Part shown: one piece after another, positions 40,624 through 50,876 of the stretch
How positions within the stretch are numbered: the stretch's first letter is position 1
How the letters are laid out: the number at the start of each line of letters is the position of its first letter
DNA from: an uncultured virus (IMG/VR IMGVR_UViG_3300037189_026208)
Taxonomy: Duplodnaviria; Heunggongvirae; Uroviricota; Caudoviricetes
DNA length: 64,000 nucleotides
Direction: 5' to 3' (one strand)
Virus record (IMG/VR): IMGVR_UViG_3300037189_026208
Location: 1-64,000 of that record
The notes under the pieces: generated by a model
What the model saw: the letters and a program-made list of their open reading frames with translations, nothing else
The model's database searches: none
What the model was told of the DNA's origin: nothing
Position numbers and translations under genes: made by a program

Positions 40624-41625
40624 ATGTTGGATTTTAGGTCAATAGTACATGAAAAGCTCTTTTTAGAAGAAGAAGAGATAGCTTCGCCTCCTACCAGTAC
40701 TGCAAGTGATGCTGAGATAACTTTTTTTAAGAAAATTAACACAGCTAATAGTTCAATTCCTCAAAAACAAGAAGATGTTAGGAAATTTGTACAAACACTT
40801 TTAAGTAAACAAAGCGATTATCAGGCTGTAAAGGATTTTATTCCTTATGAGGATTATCTACCTATAATAGACATTATCTATACCAGTCTAGGTAGTAAAG
40901 CAGGTTTTTTAGCAAGTAAAAGCCCAGATGGTACCTTAGATAAACTTTGGAATAACGTTAATGCTGCGCTAGATGCAAATCCTACTATTTTAAATAAACT
41001 TAAAAATAAAAATATTGATACGTACGTATATCAGGATACTGTTATAGAAGGAATGGCCAAGAATATTCTAGATTTTAAAAATAAGAGCTTAATAGCAGCA
41101 GCAGCTTATCAAACAATAGGTCCAATGTTTATTGTACCGGCCTTAGAATCAATTTTCGAAAAAAGACTTAGCGTCGAAACACAGTTAAAAATTTCAGGTA
41201 ATAAAACAGGCTATGTAACACCGGATATTTACAGAAGCTTTATACAGGATATTTTTACACACTACACTGAATACAGTACAGGCGGAAAAAAAGTAGATGA
41301 TAAAATACTTTCAGGTTTAACAGAAGCAGGTATAAACTATCAAGCTTTAATTTATATAGCAATTTCTACTATAAAATTTTATAATAACCTATTAGTAGAT
41401 TTATTAACTAAATCGTTTGCAGAAGATGATCCTAAGCAAGATATAATCGGTAAATATCTAGAAAAGGAATTAGTAGATAACACTAATGCAAAAAAATATG
41501 CATTTCAGTTAGCGTTAACAGGTAAATTTAACTCTGATTTTGGAGTCAAAACCTCTGATATTGAAAAATCACCTGCTGGTAAACAACAATTTCCAGCATC
41601 ACCAACACCAACACCAACTGCGTAA
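40624..41625 (+). CDS. Late protein with a capsid-targeting-like leader
   Basis: MLDFRSIVHEKLFLEE; TAAATA 6 nt upstream. Confidence 0.7.
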   Translation: MLDFRSIVHEKLFLEEEEIASPPTSTASDAEITFFKKINTANSSIPQKQEDVRKFVQTLLSKQSDYQAVKDFIPYEDYLPIIDIIYTSLGSKAGFLASKSPDGTLDKLWNNVNAALDANPTILNKLKNKNIDTYVYQDTVIEGMAKNILDFKNKSLIAAAAYQTIGPMFIVPALESIFEKRLSVETQLKISGNKTGYVTPDIYRSFIQDIFTHYTEYSTGGKKVDDKILSGLTEAGINYQALIYIAISTIKFYNNLLVDLLTKSFAEDDPKQDIIGKYLEKELVDNTNAKKYAFQLALTGKFNSDFGVKTSDIEKSPAGKQQFPASPTPTPTA

Positions 41626-41633
41626 ACATATAT

Positions 41634-41972
41634 ATGAGTAATTTATTTGATAAAATTATAAGCGAAATTTTGTTAGAAGGTAACGGTTATAATCGCGCCG
41701 CGCGAGGTGCCGGAGGCGGTAATCGCTCTAAGCAAAAAAGATACGGTGTAAAAAAATTCACACCGCCTGCTCCTGAGACTCCAACAGCACCTGTACAGGA
41801 AATTATCGATTATTCTAAAAATTTATACACACTTAACTTTATTGAAAGCTTAAAAGATACTGATGGTAATGTAATTATTACTAAGTTTAAAGAAATATGT
41901 TCTGGTGTTCAAGCTAAACCTGAAACACCAGGATTTGATTTTGGCATTTTCGGTAAAGGTTTAAACTTCTAA
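41634..41972 (+). CDS. Late protein with a capsid-targeting-like leader
   Basis: MSNLFDKIISEILLE leader. Confidence 0.7.
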   Translation: MSNLFDKIISEILLEGNGYNRAARGAGGGNRSKQKRYGVKKFTPPAPETPTAPVQEIIDYSKNLYTLNFIESLKDTDGNVIITKFKEICSGVQAKPETPGFDFGIFGKGLNF

Positions 41973-41973
41973 T

Positions 41974-42213
41974 ATGAGCAAAAAATTTAATACATTAGTA
42001 GAAAGCTTTTTCCCTACAACACTTAAGTTGGTAACAAGGGTTCGCTACCCGAAACAAATACAATTTAGTCAGGAGTTTCATGAAGCTTTAAAGAAAGAGT
42101 ATCAGAGACTTCAAACAATTGAAGAAAAAGAAACCGAGCAGCAAATCGCTCCTATTAGAAATTACAGAGATAAATTTCTTAAAGCAGTAAATTTTTGTAT
42201 TAGAGCTCTTTAA
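41974..42213 (+). CDS. Small protein with a capsid-targeting-like leader
   Basis: MSKKFNTLVES leader. Confidence 0.65.
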   Translation: MSKKFNTLVESFFPTTLKLVTRVRYPKQIQFSQEFHEALKKEYQRLQTIEEKETEQQIAPIRNYRDKFLKAVNFCIRAL

Positions 42214-43211
42214 CGTTTAAGCTTTAACTTAGCCTCGATACCTGAGTAAGCGTTATCAACGATATATTTGTACGGAAATTCGTTAAGTTGTAAACTCGTA
42301 CATACTTCATTTATATCTTTAAATTTACTAAACTCTTTCGGCCAAATAAAGATCTTCTTACCAGAGTCAACAACTGATAATATCTTCTTATCTACTTCTT
42401 TATTATCTTTATCGTTATCGTAGACGTATATAAGCTCATGACCAAAGCAAGTATTGAGAAATTGTTCCTGCTTTTCTGTCGTTGATGTACCACCCATTGC
42501 TACTGCATTTCTAACAAACATAGCATCAATAGGTCCCTCAAAAATAAAGATATACGGTATATCTGAATCAATATTATTTTCGCCGTACAAACATTTTTCA
42601 CCATACTTAGTTAGGTATTTTGGAAATGCATCACCGCACAATACTCTACTCTGATAGCTTTCTATTTTATTATTTTTAGAGTAAAAAGGTATAATAAGTC
42701 TATTCTTATGTACCTTGTCATCAAATGACATATAAAGAGCCTTAGGTCTATTTACTGCAGTTGTTAATCTTCTCTCTTGACAGTACGTTAACGCACTTTC
42801 AATTAACGGCCACTGACTCGTATCTTTAAAGAAATTACATTGATAGTCTTCAAACAAATTTATACTATCCTCCGGTATTGAAGGAACAGATTTAGTATAT
42901 GTATTACTATTTTTTGAACTTACCGGGTCGGTAATTGTGTCATATGTTTTAGATTCTCTTAGAATCTCACTATAGCTTTTTTTACTTACCTCTTGAATCC
43001 AAGAAGACTCTTGCCAAGATCTACTACAGTTAAAGCAGTAAAAATACCTATCATTAGTAAAATAAAACAAACGCCGCTTACTGCCAGCCGAAGAGCCTTC
43101 ATTACATATACAACATTCTGCATTGTAGCACCCCTGGTGTTTTTTGTAAGTAGGTCGCTTGCAGTAGGTATAGATGTTTTGTACAACATAACTTTGAGGT
43201 AGTAACTCCAC
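42210..43211 (-). CDS. gp61: DNA primase
   Basis: CCIC...CFNC zinc ribbon, RLIIPF, YQSR, PKYLT, EGPIDAMF, YDND, KDINE. Confidence 0.94.
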   Translation of the reverse strand: MELLPQSYVVQNIYTYCKRPTYKKHQGCYNAECCICNEGSSAGSKRRLFYFTNDRYFYCFNCSRSWQESSWIQEVSKKSYSEILRESKTYDTITDPVSSKNSNTYTKSVPSIPEDSINLFEDYQCNFFKDTSQWPLIESALTYCQERRLTTAVNRPKALYMSFDDKVHKNRLIIPFYSKNNKIESYQSRVLCGDAFPKYLTKYGEKCLYGENNIDSDIPYIFIFEGPIDAMFVRNAVAMGGTSTTEKQEQFLNTCFGHELIYVYDNDKDNKEVDKKILSVVDSGKKIFIWPKEFSKFKDINEVCTSLQLNEFPYKYIVDNAYSGIEAKLKLKR

Positions 43212-43238
43212 CTCAATAGTATACTATATTTTTATAAC

Positions 43239-43712
43239 TTATCTACGGGGAGCAGGCTGATTACCAGCTCCAGAAGCTAGATCACGAGAGCGCTTTGAGG
43301 AATTAATAAGATAACCATTTAAAACCTCTATAAGACTACGAACTTGTTCTGCAATCTTGATAATATCTGTGGATGTGTCTCTAGAGATACCAGCAAAAAG
43401 GCTACCAGCAACATCAATATCATTTACAAATTTCTGTAATGAATCACCTTTAGGGTTGTTTAAAGCATCAGCAAATTGTTCGAGCTTCTCAATCTGGGAG
43501 GAAAGATTACCAGCGTGCTCACCTGTACCGGTAGCAACAGGAGCAGGTTCTACACCATAGTTATCAGGAACAGGTTCATTTGTTGTTGAATCGTCTCCCT
43601 CTGAAGGTACCTGACCGTCGGTAGGAGGAGGTACATCTGTAGGAGCTGGAGCAGGAGGAGCAACTGTTTCATCTGCTTCAATTAATAGTGTATAAAGCTT
43701 CTTAAAGTCCAT
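43239..43712 (-). CDS. Late protein with a capsid-targeting-like leader
   Basis: MDFKKLYTLLIE leader, Pro-rich linker, helical C-terminus; CATAAATA upstream. Confidence 0.7.
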   Translation of the reverse strand: MDFKKLYTLLIEADETVAPPAPAPTDVPPPTDGQVPSEGDDSTTNEPVPDNYGVEPAPVATGTGEHAGNLSSQIEKLEQFADALNNPKGDSLQKFVNDIDVAGSLFAGISRDTSTDIIKIAEQVRSLIEVLNGYLINSSKRSRDLASGAGNQPAPRR

Positions 43713-43728
43713 AAATTATATAATATTT

Positions 43729-44079
43729 ATGTTATTATTTATTAATCTTGTTTGTATTGTAGTGAGTATTTTGTTTATTTGGAACAAGACAGATGCTTTT
43801 ATAAGTTATTGTGAGTTATTAGGATGGTTTAAAACTACCATAAACAACTATAATTTAACATCTAATTTAAGTTTTCCACAGTTTTTATACGTTACCTATA
43901 AGCATAGTATGAAAAACAAATTGACGCTGTTCTCCCTAAAGCTAATAACTTGTCCTATATGTCTAGGTCTGTGGTTAAGCAGTATACTATGCTTACTTAC
44001 AGGTGTATTTGCATACACGTTAATAGTTTTTATATTATCCGTAATACTATATTCTATTTTAGAACGCCTGTACTCTTAA
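43729..44079 (+). CDS. Membrane protein with a CxxC motif
   Basis: Three hydrophobic segments; LITCPICLGLW. Confidence 0.65.
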   Translation: MLLFINLVCIVVSILFIWNKTDAFISYCELLGWFKTTINNYNLTSNLSFPQFLYVTYKHSMKNKLTLFSLKLITCPICLGLWLSSILCLLTGVFAYTLIVFILSVILYSILERLYS

Positions 44080-44854
44080 TATGTGTTAAAATATTCTCGA
44101 TACGTTCCTGCATCGGGTTTAACTTAATGAGCTTATATTCAGTATTAATTACGTTAAACCAAATTACATAGGTATTTTTAATTTCTATTTTAGAATACTT
44201 TTCTATGAAATTTTTATACGCTGCAAGCTGCAAACTATAGGTATTAAATTCACAAACTTGTAGATCCGAAATAGGGTCATGATAAATTTCGTCAAATTTA
44301 TTTGTAAAACGAATATCTTTATTTGTTTTATAGTCGTATATTTCAAAACCATTTACCTTTGGATTATACACTAATAAATCCATCATACCGCAAATACCTG
44401 TATCGTTAATATCACCGACAACTAATTCGTTTTTAATTGGCAGTAGATAGTTGTAGTCGTCGTAAAATTTATGAAACTGTTTAACCAGCTCTAATACTTC
44501 TTTGTTAAGATTTTCATGAACCTCTTCACCAATTTCTTTTATTACAGCGTCTCTATTATAAGGTATAACCTTATTATTGTAATAATTTTCAATATAGTTA
44601 TGAAGAATTGTACCTTTCCATGTGGAGTACAAATTATTAATTCTCCACGTTTCTAAAATCTCTTCAGGTGTAACGCCGAGCTGTTGCGCTTTAATATTTG
44701 ACCATTTTACTTTATCGAACTTAGGCTTATACTTTTCTAGTAATCCTGTTACAGATAAAGAAGGCGCAGGTCTTCCTTTAATTAGATATCTATGATTGTG
44801 ATGTAAAAATGTAATTGCATCAAATACACGCAAGCTTTGTAGTTCTTCAAACAT
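44054..44854 (-). CDS. PD-(D/E)XK RecB/Cas4-like exonuclease
   Basis: SVTGLL, GTILH, E..V, GMMDLL, IYDYKT, YSLQLAAY. Confidence 0.88.
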   Translation of the reverse strand: MFEELQSLRVFDAITFLHHNHRYLIKGRPAPSLSVTGLLEKYKPKFDKVKWSNIKAQQLGVTPEEILETWRINNLYSTWKGTILHNYIENYYNNKVIPYNRDAVIKEIGEEVHENLNKEVLELVKQFHKFYDDYNYLLPIKNELVVGDINDTGICGMMDLLVYNPKVNGFEIYDYKTNKDIRFTNKFDEIYHDPISDLQVCEFNTYSLQLAAYKNFIEKYSKIEIKNTYVIWFNVINTEYKLIKLNPMQERIENILTHIKSTGVLK

Positions 44855-45465
44855 TATTTTAATCTCTTAATAGGGCAGCAACAATGCTTGTATATATTAC
44901 AACCACCGCAATGACGACCGTTATCAAGGTAGATATGAGGTCTTGCGCATGCAAAATGAGTAATTGACTTTACATCATCCGGGTTTGTCATATCCAAAAA
45001 CTTAGGATCACCTTTAGGTTTTAGGATATATTTCGAGGGATTAGGATCATTAATAAAATCGTTCAAAGCTTTTCTTTGAGCTCTCCTCTTAGCTCGCTCT
45101 CTATTTTTAATCTTAGGAGCATAACATTTCAAATACTTAAGAGGTAGCTCGGTATTATCCCTGTATTTGTATTTGTTACGAATTTCAATATCTGTGAATC
45201 CGTCTTTAAGCATCTTTCTTGCATCCTTACAAACGTAGTATTGTACATACTCAGACGAAGAAGGAAACTTAAGCTTAATAGCCTGCTTCTCAAGCATTGC
45301 TTTACTAATTTTAAATTCCTGACCAGTAAGAATACAAATAACAACTGGCTTACGAGGACGCTTGAGCACTCTCTCTTTTTTAACCTTAACTGGTTTTGTT
45401 TTAACAGGCTTAGGCTTAACAGTCTTAACCTTCGTAGGTTTAACTTTCTTTTTCTTTTTAATCAT
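44854..45465 (-). CDS. Basic hypothetical protein with a Cys-rich C-terminus
   Basis: KPxKVK repeats, CILTG, C...CGGC....CCC. Confidence 0.7.
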   Translation of the reverse strand: MIKKKKKVKPTKVKTVKPKPVKTKPVKVKKERVLKRPRKPVVICILTGQEFKISKAMLEKQAIKLKFPSSSEYVQYYVCKDARKMLKDGFTDIEIRNKYKYRDNTELPLKYLKCYAPKIKNRERAKRRAQRKALNDFINDPNPSKYILKPKGDPKFLDMTNPDDVKSITHFACARPHIYLDNGRHCGGCNIYKHCCCPIKRLK

Positions 45466-45476
45466 AAATAAAATAT

Positions 45477-45662
45477 ATGCCCATCATTAAAGGAAATAAA
45501 GCAAAAAGTAAAAAATCAATTGCTAAAAATATTAAAACCGAGCTAAAAGCAGGTAAGCCTAAAAAACAAGCAGTAGCCATTGCTTTAAGTTTAGCGGGTA
45601 AAAAGAAGAAAACTGTCAAGGAATCTTTTGACAGTGTAGTTGCTTCTATACTTGGTGAATAA
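45477..45662 (+). CDS. Small basic late protein
   Basis: SKKSIAKNI..E..AGKPKKQAVAIALS, a peptide common in phages; TAAATA 6 nt upstream. Confidence 0.75.
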   Translation: MPIIKGNKAKSKKSIAKNIKTELKAGKPKKQAVAIALSLAGKKKKTVKESFDSVVASILGE

Positions 45663-45696
45663 AAGAAAAACGGCCGGATTTCTCCGGCCGTTTCTT
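45663..45696. terminator. Bidirectional intrinsic terminator
   Basis: A-tract, CGGCCGGA-TTTC-TCCGGCCG, T-tract, between convergent genes. Confidence 0.88.
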
Positions 45697-45709
45697 AAGT
45701 TAAGAACAA

Positions 45710-45940
45710 TTAGCGATTACCCTTAACGCGTGCCCAACGACCCTTGTTGTCACGTACGTTGTAGTAGCGTGCACGGAGGAGGGCAGTATTGGTACGATCA
45801 ACGAAACCAAGGAACTCGTACTTGGAAGGGTTGATGTAGTTCTCCACGATGCTCTCCCTCATGGTACGAGGCATTGCGGAATCGACGTCAAAGTTAGCAA
45901 TCTCGCTAACATTCTTTGTTGTGATGGTGTTGTTTGTCAT
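45710..45940 (-). CDS. Hypothetical protein
   Basis: Biased codons; own promoter TTGAAT-16-TATTAT; C-terminal RDNKGRW. Confidence 0.7.
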   Translation of the reverse strand: MTNNTITTKNVSEIANFDVDSAMPRTMRESIVENYINPSKYEFLGFVDRTNTALLRARYYNVRDNKGRWARVKGNR

Positions 45941-45970
45941 AACGATTTTTATAATAGAAGCTGCTTTCTA

Positions 45971-47137
45971 TTATTCAACTGAAAAACCAATAATTCTTTT
46001 TTCACTCTTAACGTCACCATGTACGTTTTCTACTTCGGCATTGTAAATTTCAGCCAAAGACATAGGCTCTGTAACTTTAACTTTAAGCTTCATCTTCTTA
46101 ACAAGCTTTTGTGCTGTTTTTACAGAAAGTTTATCAAATTGATATTCTTTCTTAAGTCTTCCCTTACGTAAGAGAGCTTGATCGAGTTCATGTCTCGGGT
46201 TATTGTAAGTTGCAATAATTGAGATATTAAAAATATCCCCCATCATACCGTCTGTAAGGTTTAGAATAGTAGAAACTAGGGACGATTGATCACCACCCTC
46301 TCTTTGAAGAAGTGCTTTCTCAGCATCTTCAATAATTAGAATACTAGATTTTTTATCAAGAAGTGCAGGTAGAAAGGACGGATCAACAATTGCATCAATA
46401 AAGTTTGTCGGTACGTAAATCATATTACGCTTAACAACTGATGAAAGGTATTTGATATAAGTTGTCTTACCTGTACCAGGGTCGCCATGAAACAAATACA
46501 AACCGCTTTTGTTCTTGTTTAACTCTTCAACGATCTCATCATGCACTTTTTCTAATTCTGGCTCATAATGAGTTGTAATATCATATGTTTCAGGTAAAAC
46601 AACTTCAAAAGGTTCAAAATTAAAACCACTAGCTGTTTTTATAATTGTATGAATTACAGCTTTATAATTTGGTTTATAGATAAATTCTTCAAAGTCTTCT
46701 AAAGGCGGACGAACACCTGGAGGATGATAAAAACGTAGAACATAATACTGTTCTTTAGTGTTATTAACACTTCTTTGTTCAGCCATTTCAATTTCAATAA
46801 CAATATTTTCTTTGTATAGATATGTACCTCTGTATTGTGCATCCCCATCTTCTTCCCACGTTAAACCTCCGTCATCTACATAACCTGAAGCTCCTTTACT
46901 AAGTTCATTAGGTACAAAAATCCAATCAGAAATTAGCTTACCTTTTTCTTTAATTATTTCTACTGCATTAAAACTATATTGAAATGAAGAGTTGTACACA
47001 CAAGGACAGCATTTAAATCTTTCCATAAAGAAAGATCCAACAGGCAATATATGGGTTGTGTGACTTTTTGTAAAAAAATCATGAGACTTATCAAAGATTA
47101 AAGGATCGCCGTCTCCTGAGATGGTAATTTTTTTCAT
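45971..47137 (-). CDS. AAA+ ATPase
   Basis: HGDPGTGKT, IIEDAE, ILNLTDG, ATYN, ALLRKGRL. Confidence 0.92.
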   Translation of the reverse strand: MKKITISGDGDPLIFDKSHDFFTKSHTTHILPVGSFFMERFKCCPCVYNSSFQYSFNAVEIIKEKGKLISDWIFVPNELSKGASGYVDDGGLTWEEDGDAQYRGTYLYKENIVIEIEMAEQRSVNNTKEQYYVLRFYHPPGVRPPLEDFEEFIYKPNYKAVIHTIIKTASGFNFEPFEVVLPETYDITTHYEPELEKVHDEIVEELNKNKSGLYLFHGDPGTGKTTYIKYLSSVVKRNMIYVPTNFIDAIVDPSFLPALLDKKSSILIIEDAEKALLQREGGDQSSLVSTILNLTDGMMGDIFNISIIATYNNPRHELDQALLRKGRLKKEYQFDKLSVKTAQKLVKKMKLKVKVTEPMSLAEIYNAEVENVHGDVKSEKRIIGFSVE

Positions 47138-48075
47138 TTTAATGTAACGTAGTTGATATACTTTAAGGACGATAAATCATTACCGCCAGCGTAACTTATA
47201 GAAGACTGTAGTGACTGTTTAATTTCTGCTAAACGTTGCTCAAGGGTAACTCCCTGCTCAAGCTCTAACAGCGTACCTTCAATATGTTTATTTTCTTTCT
47301 TTGCTGAAAAACTTGCAGAACCAAAATACACTTTACGTCCATTTACAGTAGGAGCAGGAGAATCAGCACATGATGCAAATAATGAACCTGCCATGGTTAT
47401 TGTAGCACCAGCGGAAATAGCTTTAGCAATATCACCGTAATATCTAATACCTCCATCTGCAATAATAGGAATACATGCTTCCTTGGCACAATTTTGTACA
47501 GCCGTGAACATCGGTATATGAAAACCGGTTTGCAGTCTTGTGGTACATGCTCTACCAGGCCCGATCCCTACTTTCAAGGCATTAGCTCCCCAATTAGTTA
47601 AATCAGTTACTGCTTCAGGAGTAGTAATATTACCTGCTATAATAAAAGTATTCGGAAAAAATAGTTTGATATAATCAATCATCCTACGAACTTTTTCGTG
47701 ATGACCGTGAGCTACATCAATAGTAATATAATCGACCCTTAATCTATCATCGTAAATTCTATTTAACTCATCGTAACTATCCTGATTAACACCAGTACTG
47801 ATACTAATAATATGATGACCTAAATCATTAAATTTTAAAACAAACGGGTAGGTAATCTTGTTAAAACGATGCATTACATAAAAGTAATTGTTTAAACTCA
47901 TCCATCCTGCCCAGTCCTCACTTATTACCGTTTCCATATTTGACGGTACAATAGGAAGTTTGAAATTGTAGTTTCCTAATCTTACAGATGTATCAGCTAG
48001 AGATCTACTCTCAAGTTGAGAGTATTGAGGTACGAGGTAAACATCGTCGTAACAGAGAGCTGGCTTAACATTCAT
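47134..48075 (-). CDS. guaC: GMP reductase
   Basis: YDDVYLVP, PSNM, MHRF, TIDVAHGH, KVGIGPGRACTT, IIADGGI, SSISYAGG; no CBS domain. Confidence 0.9.
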   Translation of the reverse strand: MNVKPALCYDDVYLVPQYSQLESRSLADTSVRLGNYNFKLPIVPSNMETVISEDWAGWMSLNNYFYVMHRFNKITYPFVLKFNDLGHHIISISTGVNQDSYDELNRIYDDRLRVDYITIDVAHGHHEKVRRMIDYIKLFFPNTFIIAGNITTPEAVTDLTNWGANALKVGIGPGRACTTRLQTGFHIPMFTAVQNCAKEACIPIIADGGIRYYGDIAKAISAGATITMAGSLFASCADSPAPTVNGRKVYFGSASFSAKKENKHIEGTLLELEQGVTLEQRLAEIKQSLQSSISYAGGNDLSSLKYINYVTLK

Positions 48076-48095
48076 AAGTGTGTAAAATTACACCT

Positions 48096-48290
48096 ATGAT
48101 TTTACGTACAATAATCATATTATCAACCTGTTTATTAACAGGCTGTCTTTCACTACAAAAAGATGATTACGGTAACACTTGCTTAGGAAATAAAATACTT
48201 ACACTTAAGGGAGTAGTCAATACAGAAGATTACAGAATAACCCCTCAAAAACCTCCAGGTCTAGATAACACAGTTACAATATTTTTTTAA
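48096..48290 (+). CDS. Small lipoprotein
   Basis: MILRTIIILSTCLLTG-C lipobox; start moved to ATG 48096. Confidence 0.6.
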   Translation: MILRTIIILSTCLLTGCLSLQKDDYGNTCLGNKILTLKGVVNTEDYRITPQKPPGLDNTVTIFF

Positions 48291-48296
48291 GAAAAA

Positions 48297-48324
48297 AAAA
48301 AAGGGCCCGTAAGGGCCCTTTTTT
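48297..48324. terminator. Bidirectional intrinsic terminator
   Basis: A-tract, GGGCCC-GTAA-GGGCCC, T-tract, between convergent genes. Confidence 0.9.
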
Positions 48325-48337
48325 AGGTTATATGTTC

Positions 48338-49420
48338 TTAGGCTCCTACGGGAGTAAGAAACGGGTTAGGCGCCATTGAAGCAAGATCCGGTCCAGAGAA
48401 GAACAGATCGGATGCAAGACGGTTGATCTCCATACGTGTAGCAATCTCCTCATCCGTAAGCTTATGAGTAGCCGTATGGGTGAGCTGATTGAACAGATCG
48501 TAACTGTTAATGTTTGAGTTAGCAGATGCCAACCAGCGATTGTTTTGCTTCTTAACATCCACCCCGATTGAAGCATAACGAGTCTTGATAACTTCGTCGT
48601 TAAAGACTTCTGCAGCGAGTTCCTTATCGTAGTTTGCAACAACAGCCTTAGCAGCATAAAACTCCCTCAAAGAGGCGTTATTGCTACGAAGACGGTTACA
48701 ACCCTGTTGAATCTCTTCCTTGTACCCTTCACCGCCTAGGTAACGTCCAATCTGACGATCGAAAGTCTTCTGTGTGAGTTCAGTGCTTGAAACAAAACGC
48801 TGAGCCATACGATGAACAGCTTGCATGCCGTTCGAGCAAACAAGTCGCAGAAAGTAAGGATAGGATTGAAGTTTATTGAGTGACATACTCAAGCCAAATC
48901 CGCCTTTCCAGAGATCTTGACCGTCACCGAAGACGTCGATATCAGCGTTAGGGTTCTTAAAGTCAATATTAATTGAAATATTAACAGGGTCAAAGTTCAT
49001 ACTACGAAGTTCTAGATCTACGTTTGTACCTCGAAGATACTCCTCAGTAAAGCGAAGACCGTTAGTAAGATCTACCGGTTTCTCTTCGGTAGACTCATGA
49101 TTTAGGATGCGAGTAATATATTGATCTTTATGATTTACTACTGCAGTTACAACTTTATTCTCTTTAATATTTGAGAGAGCGTCATGCAAAGGAGCCCACT
49201 GAGAGGCATCATCTTTAATTTCATTAACCAAATCGTCCTTAATTCCAAGGACACCAAGAAGGTTACTTAGAGAAGTCTCTCCGAGCCTGTTTCCATTAGC
49301 GGAAAAAGAGTTTCCACTCTTTTCGATGTCTTTGACGGCGAGAGGCACCAACGAATAACCGTTCAATGTCTCTTGAATGCTGCTACGATGAGCTACGTAT
49401 TTTTCTAGTGTTGTTGTCAT
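48338..49420 (-). CDS. DUF932-like protein
   Basis: RLVCSNGM and C-terminal YDLFNQLT..ATH. Confidence 0.65.
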   Translation of the reverse strand: MTTTLEKYVAHRSSIQETLNGYSLVPLAVKDIEKSGNSFSANGNRLGETSLSNLLGVLGIKDDLVNEIKDDASQWAPLHDALSNIKENKVVTAVVNHKDQYITRILNHESTEEKPVDLTNGLRFTEEYLRGTNVDLELRSMNFDPVNISINIDFKNPNADIDVFGDGQDLWKGGFGLSMSLNKLQSYPYFLRLVCSNGMQAVHRMAQRFVSSTELTQKTFDRQIGRYLGGEGYKEEIQQGCNRLRSNNASLREFYAAKAVVANYDKELAAEVFNDEVIKTRYASIGVDVKKQNNRWLASANSNINSYDLFNQLTHTATHKLTDEEIATRMEINRLASDLFFSGPDLASMAPNPFLTPVGA

Positions 49421-49465
49421 ACCCCTACATTATACGGGATATAATTTTGAACTCCAGCAATTTTT

Positions 49466-49747
49466 TTAATCTTCCGGAAATTCTTTTTGCTTCCTAAAAA
49501 CTTCTACAGTTTTAAGTAATTCTGCTTTATCGTTTGTGTTGAGAAGTCGATGTAGCATATCACTCTCTTCAATTAGTGTTTTTATTTTACCGGCAAGTAA
49601 GTCAGGAGCTTGAACACCTGCAATATGTTGACAGGAACGTAAAGATGTATAAGCCTGTCTGTATTTTTCGTTTTCTTCAACGAGTTTTTGTATGTCACTA
49701 TTAAACTGTATCGTAACGCCCTGTTTAAGTCTAGTGTGCGGTGTCAT
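49466..49747 (-). CDS. Hypothetical protein
   Basis: ORF with TATAAATA upstream. Confidence 0.65.
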   Translation of the reverse strand: MTPHTRLKQGVTIQFNSDIQKLVEENEKYRQAYTSLRSCQHIAGVQAPDLLAGKIKTLIEESDMLHRLLNTNDKAELLKTVEVFRKQKEFPED

Positions 49748-49801
49748 AGCTAAAATATTTATACTTGATAAGGTACTTTTACAAAAATAAATAAACCGAT
49801 T

Positions 49802-49990
49802 ATGCCAAATACATCAAACACAATAATTGAACTTGTAAATACTTTTGCTGCTGAAGCAGGTAAATTTTACGAGGGTAACAATGCCGCCGGCGCAAGAGCC
49901 CGGAAAGCTCTTCAGGAAATAATCAAGTACGGTCGTGACGAACGCAAGAGAATTCAGGAAGAGAAAAACGCACGTAAAGCTGCAAAGTAA
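49802..49990 (+). CDS. Histone H1-like (Hc1 N-terminal type) DNA-binding protein
   Basis: KFYEGNNAAGARARKALQEI......RK. Confidence 0.82.
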   Translation: MPNTSNTIIELVNTFAAEAGKFYEGNNAAGARARKALQEIIKYGRDERKRIQEEKNARKAAK

Positions 49991-49992
49991 AA

Positions 49993-50631
49993 GTGTCAGT
50001 TAAACTCGTATCGGTTACAAAACCGGTTATTGAGGGAATCACGAGCGCAGAGGATTTAATTTCTTACTGCGCTCGTGTCAGTAACCCTACTAATCAGTTT
50101 AATACAGAAACAGCTCCTAAGCTTCTTGCTTATCTTATAAAGCATAAGCATTGGTCACCATTTGAAATGGTATCTATGACCGTGGAGATTAAAACTTCTA
50201 GAGCTATTGCTGCTCAAATTCTTCGTCATCGTAGTTTTTCTTTTCAAGAGTTTTCTCAAAGATACTCTACAGCGACAGAACTCGAAGATATTGAATGGAG
50301 ACTACAAGGTAAGACTAACCGTCAAGTAGGAGATGAAAAAGTCGATCTTAGTATAGGTGCATTAACAAAATTACATTTTTTACAAACAAAGTCTAAAGAA
50401 TTGTATGATGAACTAATTAATTCAGGTATTGCAAAAGAATGCGCTAGAATGGTATTACCACTCAATACATCAACTACTTTATATATGAGCGGTACAATTC
50501 GTTCATGGATACATTATCTACAAATACGTAGCGACGAAACAACTCAAAAAGAGCATAGAGTTATTGCTATTAAAATTAGAGAGCTGTTTAACCAACAATT
50601 CCCAGTTGTTTCAGAAGCATTAAATTGGTAA
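49993..50631 (+). CDS. thyX: Flavin-dependent thymidylate synthase
   Basis: YCARVS, HWSPFE, QILRHRSFSFQEFSQRY, KECARMVLP, TQKEH. Confidence 0.97.
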   Translation: MSVKLVSVTKPVIEGITSAEDLISYCARVSNPTNQFNTETAPKLLAYLIKHKHWSPFEMVSMTVEIKTSRAIAAQILRHRSFSFQEFSQRYSTATELEDIEWRLQGKTNRQVGDEKVDLSIGALTKLHFLQTKSKELYDELINSGIAKECARMVLPLNTSTTLYMSGTIRSWIHYLQIRSDETTQKEHRVIAIKIRELFNQQFPVVSEALNW

Positions 50632-50632
50632 G

Positions 50633-50704
50633 TGGAATCGATGGGACTCGAACCCATAACCAATAGATTAAAAGTCTACTGCTCTACCATTGAGCTACGA
50701 TTCC
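50633..50704 (-). tRNA. tRNA-Lys(TTT), CCA not encoded
   Basis: Cloverleaf GGAATCG../..CGATTCCA; anticodon loop CTTTTAA; TTCGAGT T-loop. Confidence 0.93.
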
Positions 50705-50708
50705 AAAA

Positions 50709-50783
50709 TGGTGCACGATGAGGGGATCGAACCCCCGACCTTGTCCGTGTAAAGGACCTGCTCTACCGCTAAGCTAATCGTGC
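50709..50783 (-). tRNA. tRNA-Val(TAC)
   Basis: GCACGAT../..ATCGTGCACCA; loop TTTACAC. Confidence 0.93.
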
Positions 50784-50789
50784 TAAAAG

Positions 50790-50869
50790 TGCTCATGGAG
50801 GGACTTGAACCCCCACCCTTACGGACTAGATCCTAAGTCTAGCGCGGCTGCCAATTACGCCACATGAGC
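50790..50869 (-). tRNA. tRNA-Leu(TAG), CCA not encoded
   Basis: GCTCATG../..CATGAGCA; loop CTTAGGA; small variable arm TCC-GTAA-GGG. Confidence 0.92.
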
Positions 50870-50876
50870 TTTAAAA

